A stretch of 16,279 bases of DNA from a candidate division WOR-3 bacterium (GCA_039801565.1 JBDRUX010000056.1:1-16279), one strand, 5' to 3'. Positions 1 through 8,380 are shown, counted from the stretch's first letter. Notes: a model not told the origin generated them from the sequence alone. Numbers and translations: made by a program.

Positions 1-2
1 AG

Positions 3-92
3 ATTGCGCTTCGGATTATTCCTGGGAAAGAAATTAGAGTCTATCATCAGGACCGATTAGTTCAAAGATTTCATTATAACGGTGACCGATGA
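3..92 (+). CDS. C-terminal fragment of a probable transposase (IS1202/IS481-like), truncated by the window edge
   Basis: Frame 3 is open from the edge and reads IALRIIPGKEIRVYHQDRLVQRFHYNGDR*, a beta-rich tail like those of IS481/IS1202-type DDE transposases. An IS-end-like structure follows immediately. Confidence 0.5.
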   Translation: MALRIIPGKEIRVYHQDRLVQRFHYNGDR

Positions 93-119
93 TTGACAAC
101 CAAAAGAAAAAGTTTATCA

Positions 120-172
120 TAAGGGGACATGTCGCTTTGCAGTTAAGGGAACATTTTGGCTCTGTCATAACA
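120..172 (+). mobile_element. Putative right end of an IS1202/IS481-like insertion sequence
   Basis: Two imperfect direct repeats 24 nt apart (TAAGGGGACAT 120-130, TAAGGGAACAT 144-154) end in ...TCATAACA, which reads 5'-TGT on the other strand. TGT...ACA ends with tandem GGACAT-type transposase-binding repeats are typical of these families. Confidence 0.6.
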
Positions 173-342
173 CGGTTTGGTTGTCACTTTGTATCTAACC
201 CAATCTTCTAACTGCTACTATTTATAAGTTCTTAAACTCGTTTGGGTTAATTGGGAGGTTTAAAAGGCAAGAATGATTAAAAATAGCTGGATTTAGTATT
301 CTACTTTTTAAAGGCAAGGAATAATCGCAATTTTTTATCTTT

Positions 343-1437
343 TTATTCATCCTTCAGAATCTTAAGCGTTTCTAACGCGGTTTTCTCCCAAGTGAATTGT
401 TGGGCTCGTTCTATTCCTTTTTTCTTCAAATCATTTTTTAATTCATCGTTGCTAAGTAACATATTTATTTTAAAAACCAATTCTTCTATTGAAGCTGGAT
501 TAAAATAAAGTGCTGCCTCCCCTCCTACTTCGGGTAAACTTGAAGAATTACTAGCGATAATTGGTGTGCCCGAAGCCATTGCCTCTAAAACTGGTAAACC
601 AAAACCTTCATACCAAGAAGGGTGAATGTATATCTCGGCACCGTTATAAAAAAATGGCAATTTATCTTGAGGGACATAACCCATTACTTTCACCCGTTCG
701 TTTAATTTTAATTCTCGAATCAGGGAAAAAATTTCGTAATACCGCCAGCCCTTTTTGCCAATGATTACCAAATCTAAATCCTGCTTCAACTGGGCAAATG
801 CTTTAATAAGCGTTGGATAATTCTTACAAGGTTCTAATGTAGCAACTGTAAGCAAATACGGTTTTAACAGATTAAATTCTTGGCGAAACTTTAAGATTTC
901 ATCTTTGCTGTACGGGTGAAATATCTGACTTACCCCTTCATAGATTACGGTAATTTTTGAAGAGTTAATCGAGAAATGATTAACAAGCTGTTGTTTTATT
1001 ATCCCAGACATTGTAATAATATGATGGGCGATGTTTAGAGATCTTCGAAAATAAACCTTATGAAGCAATCGCCCATAATATGACAACATATTAGGATGGA
1101 CTGCCAAAAAGTCGTGAACGGCTACAACTTTTTTAATCCGATGCGGTAAACCTTGCGGTAAAAGATTGAATGGCTCAAAGAAAACCTGTAAATCATCTCG
1201 ATTGATAAAGTGTTTACCGAACGTATTTATCCAGAAAAAGCCGGGTAAGTTTGAATTGCCAAAACGGTAATGCCATCGGTTATTTTCGGACTGGTTCAAT
1301 TGCACTGGTTTCGGTGCGTAAAGAAAAAAAGTATCTTCCGCATCGAGTCGAGCAAATTGCTCTAAGAGGTTAACCAGATAATAGCCAACACCCCGTTTTT
1401 CTTCTCTTAAGACTTTGACATCAATGCCAATGCGCAT
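343..1437 (-). CDS. Glycosyltransferase family 4 (MtfB/WbpY-like, GT-B fold)
   Basis: 364 aa. MRIGID start, GVGYY, VHD, and the C-terminal motif [32 protein letters not shown]. Confidence 0.95.
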   Translation of the reverse strand: MRIGIDVKVLREEKRGVGYYLVNLLEQFARLDAEDTFFLYAPKPVQLNQSENNRWHYRFGNSNLPGFFWINTFGKHFINRDDLQVFFEPFNLLPQGLPHRIKKVVAVHDFLAVHPNMLSYYGRLLHKVYFRRSLNIAHHIITMSGIIKQQLVNHFSINSSKITVIYEGVSQIFHPYSKDEILKFRQEFNLLKPYLLTVATLEPCKNYPTLIKAFAQLKQDLDLVIIGKKGWRYYEIFSLIRELKLNERVKVMGYVPQDKLPFFYNGAEIYIHPSWYEGFGLPVLEAMASGTPIIASNSSSLPEVGGEAALYFNPASIEELVFKINMLLSNDELKNDLKKKGIERAQQFTWEKTALETLKILKDE

Positions 1438-1449
1438 CTTTAATTGAAT

Positions 1450-2226
1450 TTAAATAGATTTTTCCCCATAAAGCACTAAGGCGTAACTAAAATAACAGTC
1501 TAAAAATGTTCCTTTCTCTTTTTTAATTCGATCAAGCTGCCAAGAATTTTTCGATGTTTTTTTAATAATCTGTAACGGATTAATGAATTTGAATGAACCA
1601 TACAATGAATCGCCAAAAAATGAATATTGTTTAACGCCGATTTTTTGACAAATATTCTTTAATTCAACTCGCGAATAGGGATATTCTTCACCAATTTTCC
1701 ATCTCCCCATAATTTCGGCAACAAACTTAAATAGCCGGTAGGGTACATTCCATTTATTAGGAACTGAAATAAAAGCGATGCCGCCTTTTCTTAATAAATC
1801 AAAATGAATTTTGTTTATCAAAATTCTCTGTTGATTTTTGAAATGTTCCGCTAAACCAAAAGACATAGCGATATCGTATTTGTTGAAGAAATTCATTGGT
1901 AACGTCAGGGCATCGTGCTTAATGAACTGGGCTGATAATCCGTTTCGGCTAAAGAAGTTAGCGGCTCTTTTGAGTGCAACCTCTGAGTAATCAACGATTG
2001 TAACATCAGCCCCCTTTTTTGCCATTAAAGCGGCATAGGTTCCGATACCAGCGCCAATTTCGATGACCTTCCGACCGACAAAAGAACCAAATTTTTGTAG
2101 AACGATTTTTTCAATTCGTTGCCATCGGATGGAATTTTCTTCTTTACTGAGTATATATCTATCCTCTTCGACGGAAGAATCACCTTGCCAGATCTCATCC
2201 CATAATTGTGGTATGTTCTTTCTCAT
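1450..2226 (-). CDS. Class I SAM-dependent methyltransferase
   Basis: Motif I VIEIGAGIG, then IVDYS, HDAL, YDIAMSFGLAEHF, LLRKGG and ISVPN. ATG at 2226 is preferred over the ORF-track start at 2232. It lies 12 bp upstream of the GT4 gene, so probably one operon. Confidence 0.9.
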   Translation of the reverse strand: MRKNIPQLWDEIWQGDSSVEEDRYILSKEENSIRWQRIEKIVLQKFGSFVGRKVIEIGAGIGTYAALMAKKGADVTIVDYSEVALKRAANFFSRNGLSAQFIKHDALTLPMNFFNKYDIAMSFGLAEHFKNQQRILINKIHFDLLRKGGIAFISVPNKWNVPYRLFKFVAEIMGRWKIGEEYPYSRVELKNICQKIGVKQYSFFGDSLYGSFKFINPLQIIKKTSKNSWQLDRIKKEKGTFLDCYFSYALVLYGEKSI

Positions 2227-2232
2227 AACCAA

Positions 2233-2261
2233 ATTTTAGTAAAAGATAGCGGTGTTATCAA
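2233..2261 (-). promoter_or_regulatory. sigma70-type promoter for the methyltransferase/GT4 operon (leaderless geometry)
   Basis: Minus strand reads TTGATA-17 nt-TAAAAT-6 nt-ATG(2226), with no SD. Confidence 0.6.
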
Positions 2262-2646
2262 TATCTAAATTGAAAATGCTTTGAACCCAAATTTCGCAAG
2301 TCTCATCCATTTTATTACCAACTCATTCTTGAAGATTGTGAACGAGGGTCCGCTCTTCTGCTCAAAAACCGGTAACGGATAGTAATTTGAACGACCAGAC
2401 TTATGGGGAATATAACCAACCGCAACCCCTTCTTAATTGCCGTAAGATGTTTTGAGGAGGTCTTTGGTAACTTTATGTTGACCAAACTAAGGAAATAGAT
2501 TTGCCTTCTCTAAGAGATAATTTTCTTTAAACTAAAATTTTTCATGGTAATAGCCATGGTCTTAAGCGATGGTGCTAAAAAGATTTGTGAAATCCAGGTT
2601 CAACTAATCGGTCATCTTGCAATTTGGCTAAGTTTTATCTAAAAAA

Positions 2647-3000
2647 TTACTCCTCTTTCTCCTCCCACTTTTCTTTAATCAACTCTTCCACCGTTTTAAT
2701 TTCCTGCTGTTCAGCCAAAGATTTAACCATTTTAAATTCACTCTCGACACAACGGTCAAATTCCTCAAGTTCTCTTAACGCCTTTTTGCCACTACGATAT
2801 TCTAAGCATTTTAATTTTTGTAATAGAACTTCATAGGGTTTATCTGAGGTATAGGTCAATAAACTATAACGAGCAACAAAACTATGACAATTGGCACATT
2901 CAACATAGATTTTGATATTTTCACCGGTCTTTACATAGACATTATTAATCATCGTTGTTCCTTTACATTTTGGACAATGTTCTCGCTTGGCTTTTTCCAT
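2647..3000 (-). CDS. Hypothetical Zn-ribbon protein
   Basis: 117 aa with CPKC...CANC pairs and a charged helical C-terminus. AGGGGG SD before the ATG; 9 bp downstream of the DASS gene. Confidence 0.8.
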   Translation of the reverse strand: MEKAKREHCPKCKGTTMINNVYVKTGENIKIYVECANCHSFVARYSLLTYTSDKPYEVLLQKLKCLEYRSGKKALRELEEFDRCVESEFKMVKSLAEQQEIKTVEELIKEKWEEKEE

Positions 3001-3009
3001 TTTACCCCC

Positions 3010-4356
3010 TTAGTGAAATAAAAGGCGAGCCGAGATTATTCCCAACCCACTAATTATTATTCCAGAAAGGATAGCTATTATTACCCCAGTTTTAAGCATA
3101 TCCTTTACCTTAATCAATCCTGAACCATAGGCAATCGCATTAGGCGCGGTGCTGGTTGGCAGGACCATCGCAATTGATGAAGCGATGGCAACAACTAAGG
3201 CGATGCTAAAGGGCTTCGACATTAAACTGGTTGCAATTGGTAAAAGGATAGCGGCAGCACTGGTATTGGATATGAACGAGGTTAGGATTATGGTAATAAA
3301 AGTCATACCACTAATCAATAAAAACTTCGACGACAAAATCGTGCTGGTTTGCTTTACAAACCAACTGGATAGTCCACTACGCTCAATTGCCAAACCTAAG
3401 GATAACCCACCACCCATTAGGATTAAGGTATCCCAACCGATTTTTCCCAAGTCCTCTTCTTCTAAAAAACCAATAACACCAAATATTATCACCGGCAAGA
3501 GCGAAACAATACTGGAAGGAATCTTATGTAATTCCGTAGTTAACCATAAAACCAGGGTCAGTCCAAAAACCGCTAAGATTATCTTCTGCTCATTAGAAAA
3601 ACTCTCGGGCTTGTACTCGGCTAATTTTACTTCTTTTAACTTAGAACGGAAGCGAACTCTTAAGATAAAGTAAATCAAGAAAAATAAAATTATCACTATG
3701 GGCAAGCCAAAACCAACCCATTGCAAAAAGGAGATACTGATTCCCTTTTCGCGTAGGATGCCAATCGCCAAGGCATTGGGTGGAGTTCCAATTGGTGTGC
3801 CAATTCCGCCGATATTTGCTGCAAATGGTACCCCTAAAGCCAATGCTTTAATCAAAGGGTCTTCTGCTGGAACTTTTTCAATTAAGACCAAAACCAGACC
3901 GATGACCAAGGCAGTGGCAGCAGTGTTTGACATCCACATTGAAAGAAAAGCAGTAACTCCCATCAGACCCAATAACACGCGGGACGGCGAATTGCCCAGG
4001 CGTTTTAAGATGGTAAACAGAAACCACTCGTCTAATTCGAATTTCTTTAGCATATATGCCAAAACCAGACCGCCTAAGAATAGTGCGATTACCGAATCAA
4101 AAAATGGAAAAAGAAAAATCTTGAAATTGCCACCTAAAAGATTGGTCAGGAATACTGTCTCCAAGAAAACAATAACAAACGATGTGATATACAAAGGCAC
4201 AACTTCGCTAATCCACAAAAGTGCCGCCACCACTAAAATACCTAAAGTTCTTCGGGCTGGTTCTTGCATCCCAACGATTGGTATTCGCGAAACTAAAAAT
4301 CCGATAAAAAGAAAGACGACAAGTAATACGAAATTCTTAAAATACTTTTTGAGCAT
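3010..4356 (-). CDS. DASS/SLC13 family sodium-coupled anion (dicarboxylate/sulfate/phosphate) symporter
   Basis: 448 aa, multiple TM segments. Two SNT motifs (SMWMSNTAAT, SFISNTSAA), ANIGGIGTPIGTPPN and PTSTAPNAIAY. Confidence 0.95.
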   Translation of the reverse strand: MLKKYFKNFVLLVVFLFIGFLVSRIPIVGMQEPARRTLGILVVAALLWISEVVPLYITSFVIVFLETVFLTNLLGGNFKIFLFPFFDSVIALFLGGLVLAYMLKKFELDEWFLFTILKRLGNSPSRVLLGLMGVTAFLSMWMSNTAATALVIGLVLVLIEKVPAEDPLIKALALGVPFAANIGGIGTPIGTPPNALAIGILREKGISISFLQWVGFGLPIVIILFFLIYFILRVRFRSKLKEVKLAEYKPESFSNEQKIILAVFGLTLVLWLTTELHKIPSSIVSLLPVIIFGVIGFLEEEDLGKIGWDTLILMGGGLSLGLAIERSGLSSWFVKQTSTILSSKFLLISGMTFITIILTSFISNTSAAAILLPIATSLMSKPFSIALVVAIASSIAMVLPTSTAPNAIAYGSGLIKVKDMLKTGVIIAILSGIIISGLGIISARLLFH

Positions 4357-4361
4357 GGCTC

Positions 4362-4389
4362 ATTATAAAATAAGTTAGCTATAAGTCAA
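4362..4389 (-). promoter_or_regulatory. sigma70-type promoter for the DASS operon (leaderless geometry)
   Basis: Minus strand reads TTGACT-16 nt-TATAAT-5 nt-ATG(4356), with no SD. Confidence 0.65.
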
Positions 4390-4441
4390 TCTGAATCCAG
4401 GACACACCACAGATAGAACAGAAAAGGTATGTCTGAAAAAA

Positions 4442-4469
4442 CACCGGTCACAAGCCACCAGTAACCGTC
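4442..4469 (+). repeat. Degenerate heptamer tandem repeat (intergenic)
   Basis: CACCGGT CACAAGC CACCAGT AACCGTC. Confidence 0.4.
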
Positions 4470-4553
4470 ATTTTGCTATTGACAAATTCTGATGGTTTTG
4501 TTAAACCTATTGTGAGATGAAATCTTATTCCTTGTCTTTAGAAGGAGGGTCAA

Positions 4554-6125
4554 ATGGTTCTTAAAATATTAAGTTTGGTCTTTACCATCTCATTAGCCTT
4601 TGGTTTTACTGCTCCGAATCAGGTCAAAACTGTGTCATTTGATGCGGGTGGAGTAATTCAAAGAGTAAACCAGAACTATTCTGATAATCCTAAAATTCCG
4701 CATTCCGAATTTCGCATTCCAAATTTACAAGGTGAGTTTTTAATTGATACAAGCACTGCCCCAAGAAACCAATATAACCCTGCAATCGCGTTTGATGGTA
4801 CCAATTATTTTGTCGTTTGGGAAGATGACCGCAATGACTCGGGAGATATTTATGGTGCACGAGTTGACCAAAACGGTAATATTCTCGACCCGGGTGGTAT
4901 TCCAATCTCAACTGCACCAGAAAGACAACTTCATCCTAAGATTGCCTTTGATGGAACTAACTACTTAGTCGTTTGGGATGATTTCCGTGAGGGCAGGGAG
5001 TGTTATGGTGCCCGTGTAAATCAACAAGGAGTTGTCATTGACACTGCGGGCATAAAGATTAGCTCGGGCGGGTTGATTGCATATCCCAATGTTGCTTTTG
5101 GAGACACTTACTACTTAGTTATTTGGACTTACGCAGCCGGGGTTAGAGTAAATCAACAAGGACTAATCATTGATACCGCCTACATTATCATTGACCACGC
5201 AGGCGTTGGGGGAACGCCCCCGCCTTCAATTTGCTTTGGTGCTACCAACTATTTTGTTGTTTGGCGTAGCGGTGGTTATGTAGGACGATGGTATTATTTT
5301 CTTATTGGCGGCATTGTAACTCAACAAGGAATAGTGCTCAATGGTAATATTCGTATTCAATGGTTTACGAATTTCCCTATCGCTTATCCTTCAGTCACCT
5401 TTGACGGAACAAATTATTTTGTTTTCTGGACTGATGCTCGAAATGGTGAACGGAATTGCGACATTTATGGCGCCCGTATCTCTCCAATTGGTATTGTTTT
5501 AGACCCAACGGGTATTCCCATCTCCACTGCAGTAAACTCTCAAGGTCTCCCTTCCGTTGCATCTAACGGCACAAGTTGTTTTGTAGTTTGGCAAGACTAT
5601 CGTAGAAATCCAAATAGCTCTGATATTTATGGTGCAATAGTAAATCAATCAGGTGTTGTTATTGCAAGTTTCCCAGTATCTACCCAACCAGGCAACCAAA
5701 TTGCTCCAGCTTTAGCTCACGGCTCTGGCGATGAATTCCTTATTGTCTATTCGGGTTGGACTGACTCAATAAACCACCAATCTGTTAATAATTATCGTAT
5801 CTGGGGCAAGTTTTCTTCCAGCATAGGAATTGAAAAAGAAAACCAAAAACTTAAACGACAAAGTGGAGAATTGTTTGAAATCTATCCTAATCCGGCGAAG
5901 TCCTTTCTTACTATTCGCTTACCGCTGTCCGCTGACCGCTCTAAGCTCAATGCTCAAGGCTATGGGCTAAAAATCTTTGATGTCTCAGGGAAAGTGATAA
6001 GAGAGATTGAGATGCCTTCGACTTGCAAAGACAGTGAAGTAAAAATATCGCTAAAAGGAATCAATCCCGGAATTTACTTCTTAAAATTTGGCAACCAGAC
6101 CAAAAAGTTTCTGGTCGTAAGATAA
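4554..6125 (+). CDS. Secreted repeat protein with T9SS type-A-like C-terminal sorting domain
   Basis: Signal peptide; about 5-6 internal repeats of P.(I/V)AFDGTNY(F/L)VVW.D.R...DIYGARV...G.VLD..GI.IS; C-terminal IYPNP...LKIFDVSGK...GIYFLK...TKKFLVVR. AGGAGG SD at 4543-4548. Confidence 0.88.
   Translation: MVLKILSLVFTISLAFGFTAPNQVKTVSFDAGGVIQRVNQNYSDNPKIPHSEFRIPNLQGEFLIDTSTAPRNQYNPAIAFDGTNYFVVWEDDRNDSGDIYGARVDQNGNILDPGGIPISTAPERQLHPKIAFDGTNYLVVWDDFREGRECYGARVNQQGVVIDTAGIKISSGGLIAYPNVAFGDTYYLVIWTYAAGVRVNQQGLIIDTAYIIIDHAGVGGTPPPSICFGATNYFVVWRSGGYVGRWYYFLIGGIVTQQGIVLNGNIRIQWFTNFPIAYPSVTFDGTNYFVFWTDARNGERNCDIYGARISPIGIVLDPTGIPISTAVNSQGLPSVASNGTSCFVVWQDYRRNPNSSDIYGAIVNQSGVVIASFPVSTQPGNQIAPALAHGSGDEFLIVYSGWTDSINHQSVNNYRIWGKFSSSIGIEKENQKLKRQSGELFEIYPNPAKSFLTIRLPLSADRSKLNAQGYGLKIFDVSGKVIREIEMPSTCKDSEVKISLKGINPGIYFLKFGNQTKKFLVVR
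4695..4729 (+). repeat. Heptamer tandem repeat inside coding sequence
   Basis: ATTCCGC ATTCCGA ATTTCGC ATTCCAA ATTTACA. Confidence 0.7.
5916..5971 (+). repeat. Heptamer tandem repeat inside the CTD coding region
   Basis: Eight units with GCT every 7 nt: CGCTTAC CGCTGTC CGCTGAC CGCTCTA AGCTCAA TGCTCAA GGCTATG GGCTAAA. Confidence 0.75.
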
Positions 6126-6283
6126 AGCGAATTTTCTCTTGAAGGTAATTTGCACCAATTTTCAAAAGATTTAGCTGGTTCTATAATTAAAAGGCGTTTT
6201 TTACTGTTTACTCCAGATCAGTTTTGCTTGAAGACTTTTCGTTGCTAGTCAAGAACTTTACGAATTTATTTTTTATCGAACGC

Positions 6284-6311
6284 TTGACATCGTTTGTCTA
6301 ATAATTACAAT
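6284..6311 (+). promoter_or_regulatory. sigma70-type promoter for the beta-barrel gene
   Basis: TTGACA-16 nt-TACAAT, followed by SD AAGGAGG (6318-6324) and ATG at 6330. Confidence 0.65.
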
Positions 6312-6329
6312 AGCTTAAAGGAGGCAGTT

Positions 6330-7922
6330 ATGTTACAACGCAAGGCATCCTTTAAGTGTAAGAAGTTGCACCGGTTAATACCATTTCTTACAATTTTCGT
6401 TTTTGGCTTTGCCCAAGAAAATGGCTATTTGCGTCTGACTCCAGAAAGACCTGAAATGCCCAGTTTTCCAGCCCTAAGTTTAAGGATTAAGGGATTAGGT
6501 AAAGATTTTGTTGGAATGGTCAGCGATTTCGAGACCGATATTCTAACTTTTCCTTCCTTACTTCCCTTTCTGAAATCAAACCAGATTGGGATTAACTTTA
6601 TTCCGGAAAGGTGGAGTGAAAAAGCAACCGCCAATTTGACTTTAATGCTGCCGCGGACTTTCCTTTCCCGAATTGGTTTAGTTCTTCAAAATCAGGTTCG
6701 GTTTTATAGCCCAAAGCCCGAATTCTACTCTTATCAAGTGGATTACGAGCGATATTATGATTACTATAATTATGTGCATAGTTACTTCCAATCTTATCGC
6801 TTTGGTGTCTATCAACAATTCCTATCGCTTCCCATTTTCTTAAGTCCATCCTTTATCTTTGCCCCATTTCATATTTATATAAGAAGCCCTTATGAAAATG
6901 AAAGAATCGGTTATAGTAAATACGAAACTGACACCTTAAATTATTCTCAGCGCGAATGGAGTAATCGAATCAATGATGATATTACCGAGCACCAATTCGG
7001 TTTGAGTTTTGCCTTGAAATTAGGGAAAAATTCATTACAAGTTTCGGCATCACTAAAAAATGGGAAGAATGAAGGAGTGAACGAATACGAAACCAACGAT
7101 TACGATTTCCGGACTTATGATTACCTCAGCCAATATGATAGTTCATACTATTACCATTTTTATCAATCCCAAGATATAGGTTTGACAAAGGGTAGCGAAA
7201 CGAATACTGGAAAGCTAAAAGAACAAAATTTTCTGATTCGCTGGCAGGATGCAATAAATGGAAAATTTAACTTGATAGCAGGGGTGCGAAGAAATGCGAC
7301 CGATTTGGCAGGGCAAGCAATTGATACAACTGACCTCGAGCGCTGGGATTATTACTACTGGCGTTGGCGTTCCTATCCTAATCCAGAATCAAGTGATTAC
7401 GATTGTGATACTACTTATGAGGATACTCGACGAGTAATCACCACTTCGGGCAAAGGCGAAGATTTAATAATCAATCTCGCTGGTGGCTATCAATTTACGC
7501 TCACCCAATCATTGAACTCTTTTATCGGCTTTCAATCAACACTCAGCTTTGCCAAAGATAGTATCTACGATATAGCGGTTAAGACTTATCTTGCTGATTC
7601 TACTTTTCATAGTGACACAATAGCCGATTTCGTTCTTATTAAGACTGACCAACTCGGCTTCACAATTCCAATCGGATTGGAATACAATATTATCAAGCCG
7701 GTGGTCATTAGAACGGGCATTGCAGCAAAATTCACTTATGAGAAATATGAATTTAGCGATCGGCAAAGAGTTTATCCGGTTAGTAAGGGAATAACTTTAT
7801 TGCTCAGTTCTTCCTTTGGCTTAGGGTTTAAGATTAATCAGAAATTTTCGGTTGACCTTTATAATCGAGGTGAACTTTTCACCTTGAGTGAATGGCAGAT
7901 GCAGACAAGATATCGGTTTTAA
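6330..7922 (+). CDS. Hypothetical outer-membrane beta-barrel protein with Tyr/Asp-rich loops
   Basis: Start reassigned to ATG 6330 because of the strong SD. Signal-peptide-like N-terminus (LIPFLTIFVFGFA-QE), amphipathic strands (IPIGLEYNI, SFGLGFKI), and a C-terminal Phe beta-signal (QTRYRF). Confidence 0.7.
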   Translation: MLQRKASFKCKKLHRLIPFLTIFVFGFAQENGYLRLTPERPEMPSFPALSLRIKGLGKDFVGMVSDFETDILTFPSLLPFLKSNQIGINFIPERWSEKATANLTLMLPRTFLSRIGLVLQNQVRFYSPKPEFYSYQVDYERYYDYYNYVHSYFQSYRFGVYQQFLSLPIFLSPSFIFAPFHIYIRSPYENERIGYSKYETDTLNYSQREWSNRINDDITEHQFGLSFALKLGKNSLQVSASLKNGKNEGVNEYETNDYDFRTYDYLSQYDSSYYYHFYQSQDIGLTKGSETNTGKLKEQNFLIRWQDAINGKFNLIAGVRRNATDLAGQAIDTTDLERWDYYYWRWRSYPNPESSDYDCDTTYEDTRRVITTSGKGEDLIINLAGGYQFTLTQSLNSFIGFQSTLSFAKDSIYDIAVKTYLADSTFHSDTIADFVLIKTDQLGFTIPIGLEYNIIKPVVIRTGIAAKFTYEKYEFSDRQRVYPVSKGITLLLSSSFGLGFKINQKFSVDLYNRGELFTLSEWQMQTRYRF

Positions 7923-8048
7923 TAAAAATTAAAATAGGTAAATGTCGAGTAGGCTTGAAACACCGAAAAGGATAAGGATACAATTAACCTAATCTCTTTG
8001 TTCTGGTGCCAATCCAAATTTGCCCCAAGCAACAAACCTTTATACCGA

Positions 8049-8267
8049 CTACCAGTCAAAAGTCTAGCCAGCCTACCAACCTAACCAACAACGAACCTAC
8101 TAACTATTAAATTAGCCAATCTATTGATTAACTTAAAAGCCTACTCATCATCCGGATTCCGAGCCACTCTTTGTGCCAATCCCTGAAGCCTGCTACGAGG
8201 CTTACCTCAGTCCTACACCTAACACTACTCCCAAGACTGTATAGGGGGTAGCCAGGGGCTAGCCCCT
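8049..8267. repeat. Degenerate 4-nt-period, strand-skewed non-coding tract capped by a GC-rich palindrome
   Basis: All seven CTAC copies (8049, 8073, 8097, 8141, 8193, 8213, 8225) are in the same mod-4 phase. Ends in the palindrome AGGGGCTAGCCCCT (8254-8267). Confidence 0.7.
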
Positions 8268-8380
8268 TATGATATGTCAAGAGAATATTCTGCTTGAAAA
8301 ATCAATGACTTAGACTCCAAAACGCCCTCGAGCTTGTTTTGACGCCGGCTTAAGGGTAAAAAATTTAGTGGTAAGGTCAA

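Noticed and set aside
193..252. attC-like site (ATCTAAC...GTTAATT with TAACCCAA/TTGGGTTA arms)
   Set aside because: The right end does not fit GTTRRRY, the interior pairs poorly, and there is no integrase or second site in the window.
259..325. Short direct repeat AAAGGCAAG (263-271 and 310-318)
   Set aside because: Only two short copies in AT-rich DNA, compatible with chance.
2460..2483. dif/XerD-like TTATGTTGAC
   Set aside because: No XerC arm at the required 6-bp spacing.
2262..2646. ~380-bp intergenic region as a possible pseudogene or ncRNA
   Set aside because: The frames I translated gave only short unrecognisable peptides, and I saw no convincing structure or repeat.
3149..4378. Long plus-strand ORFs (174 aa and 226 aa)
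   Set aside because: Antisense shadows of the hydrophobic DASS gene with no recognisable motifs. The same applies to the other short antisense or overlapping ORFs in the track.
4770..5660. DGR template/variable repeat pair among the internal repeats
   Set aside because: Differences between repeats are not adenine-specific and no reverse transcriptase is present. These look like ordinary protein-domain repeats.
8161..8179. Second sigma54-like motif TGGCACAAAGAGTGGC on the minus strand
   Set aside because: GG-to-GC spacing is 11 rather than 10, and TTGC is missing.
7981..8280. CRISPR array or protein-coding repeat as an explanation of the periodic tract
   Set aside because: No 23-50 bp conserved repeats with spacers, no cas genes, and frequent stop codons on both strands.
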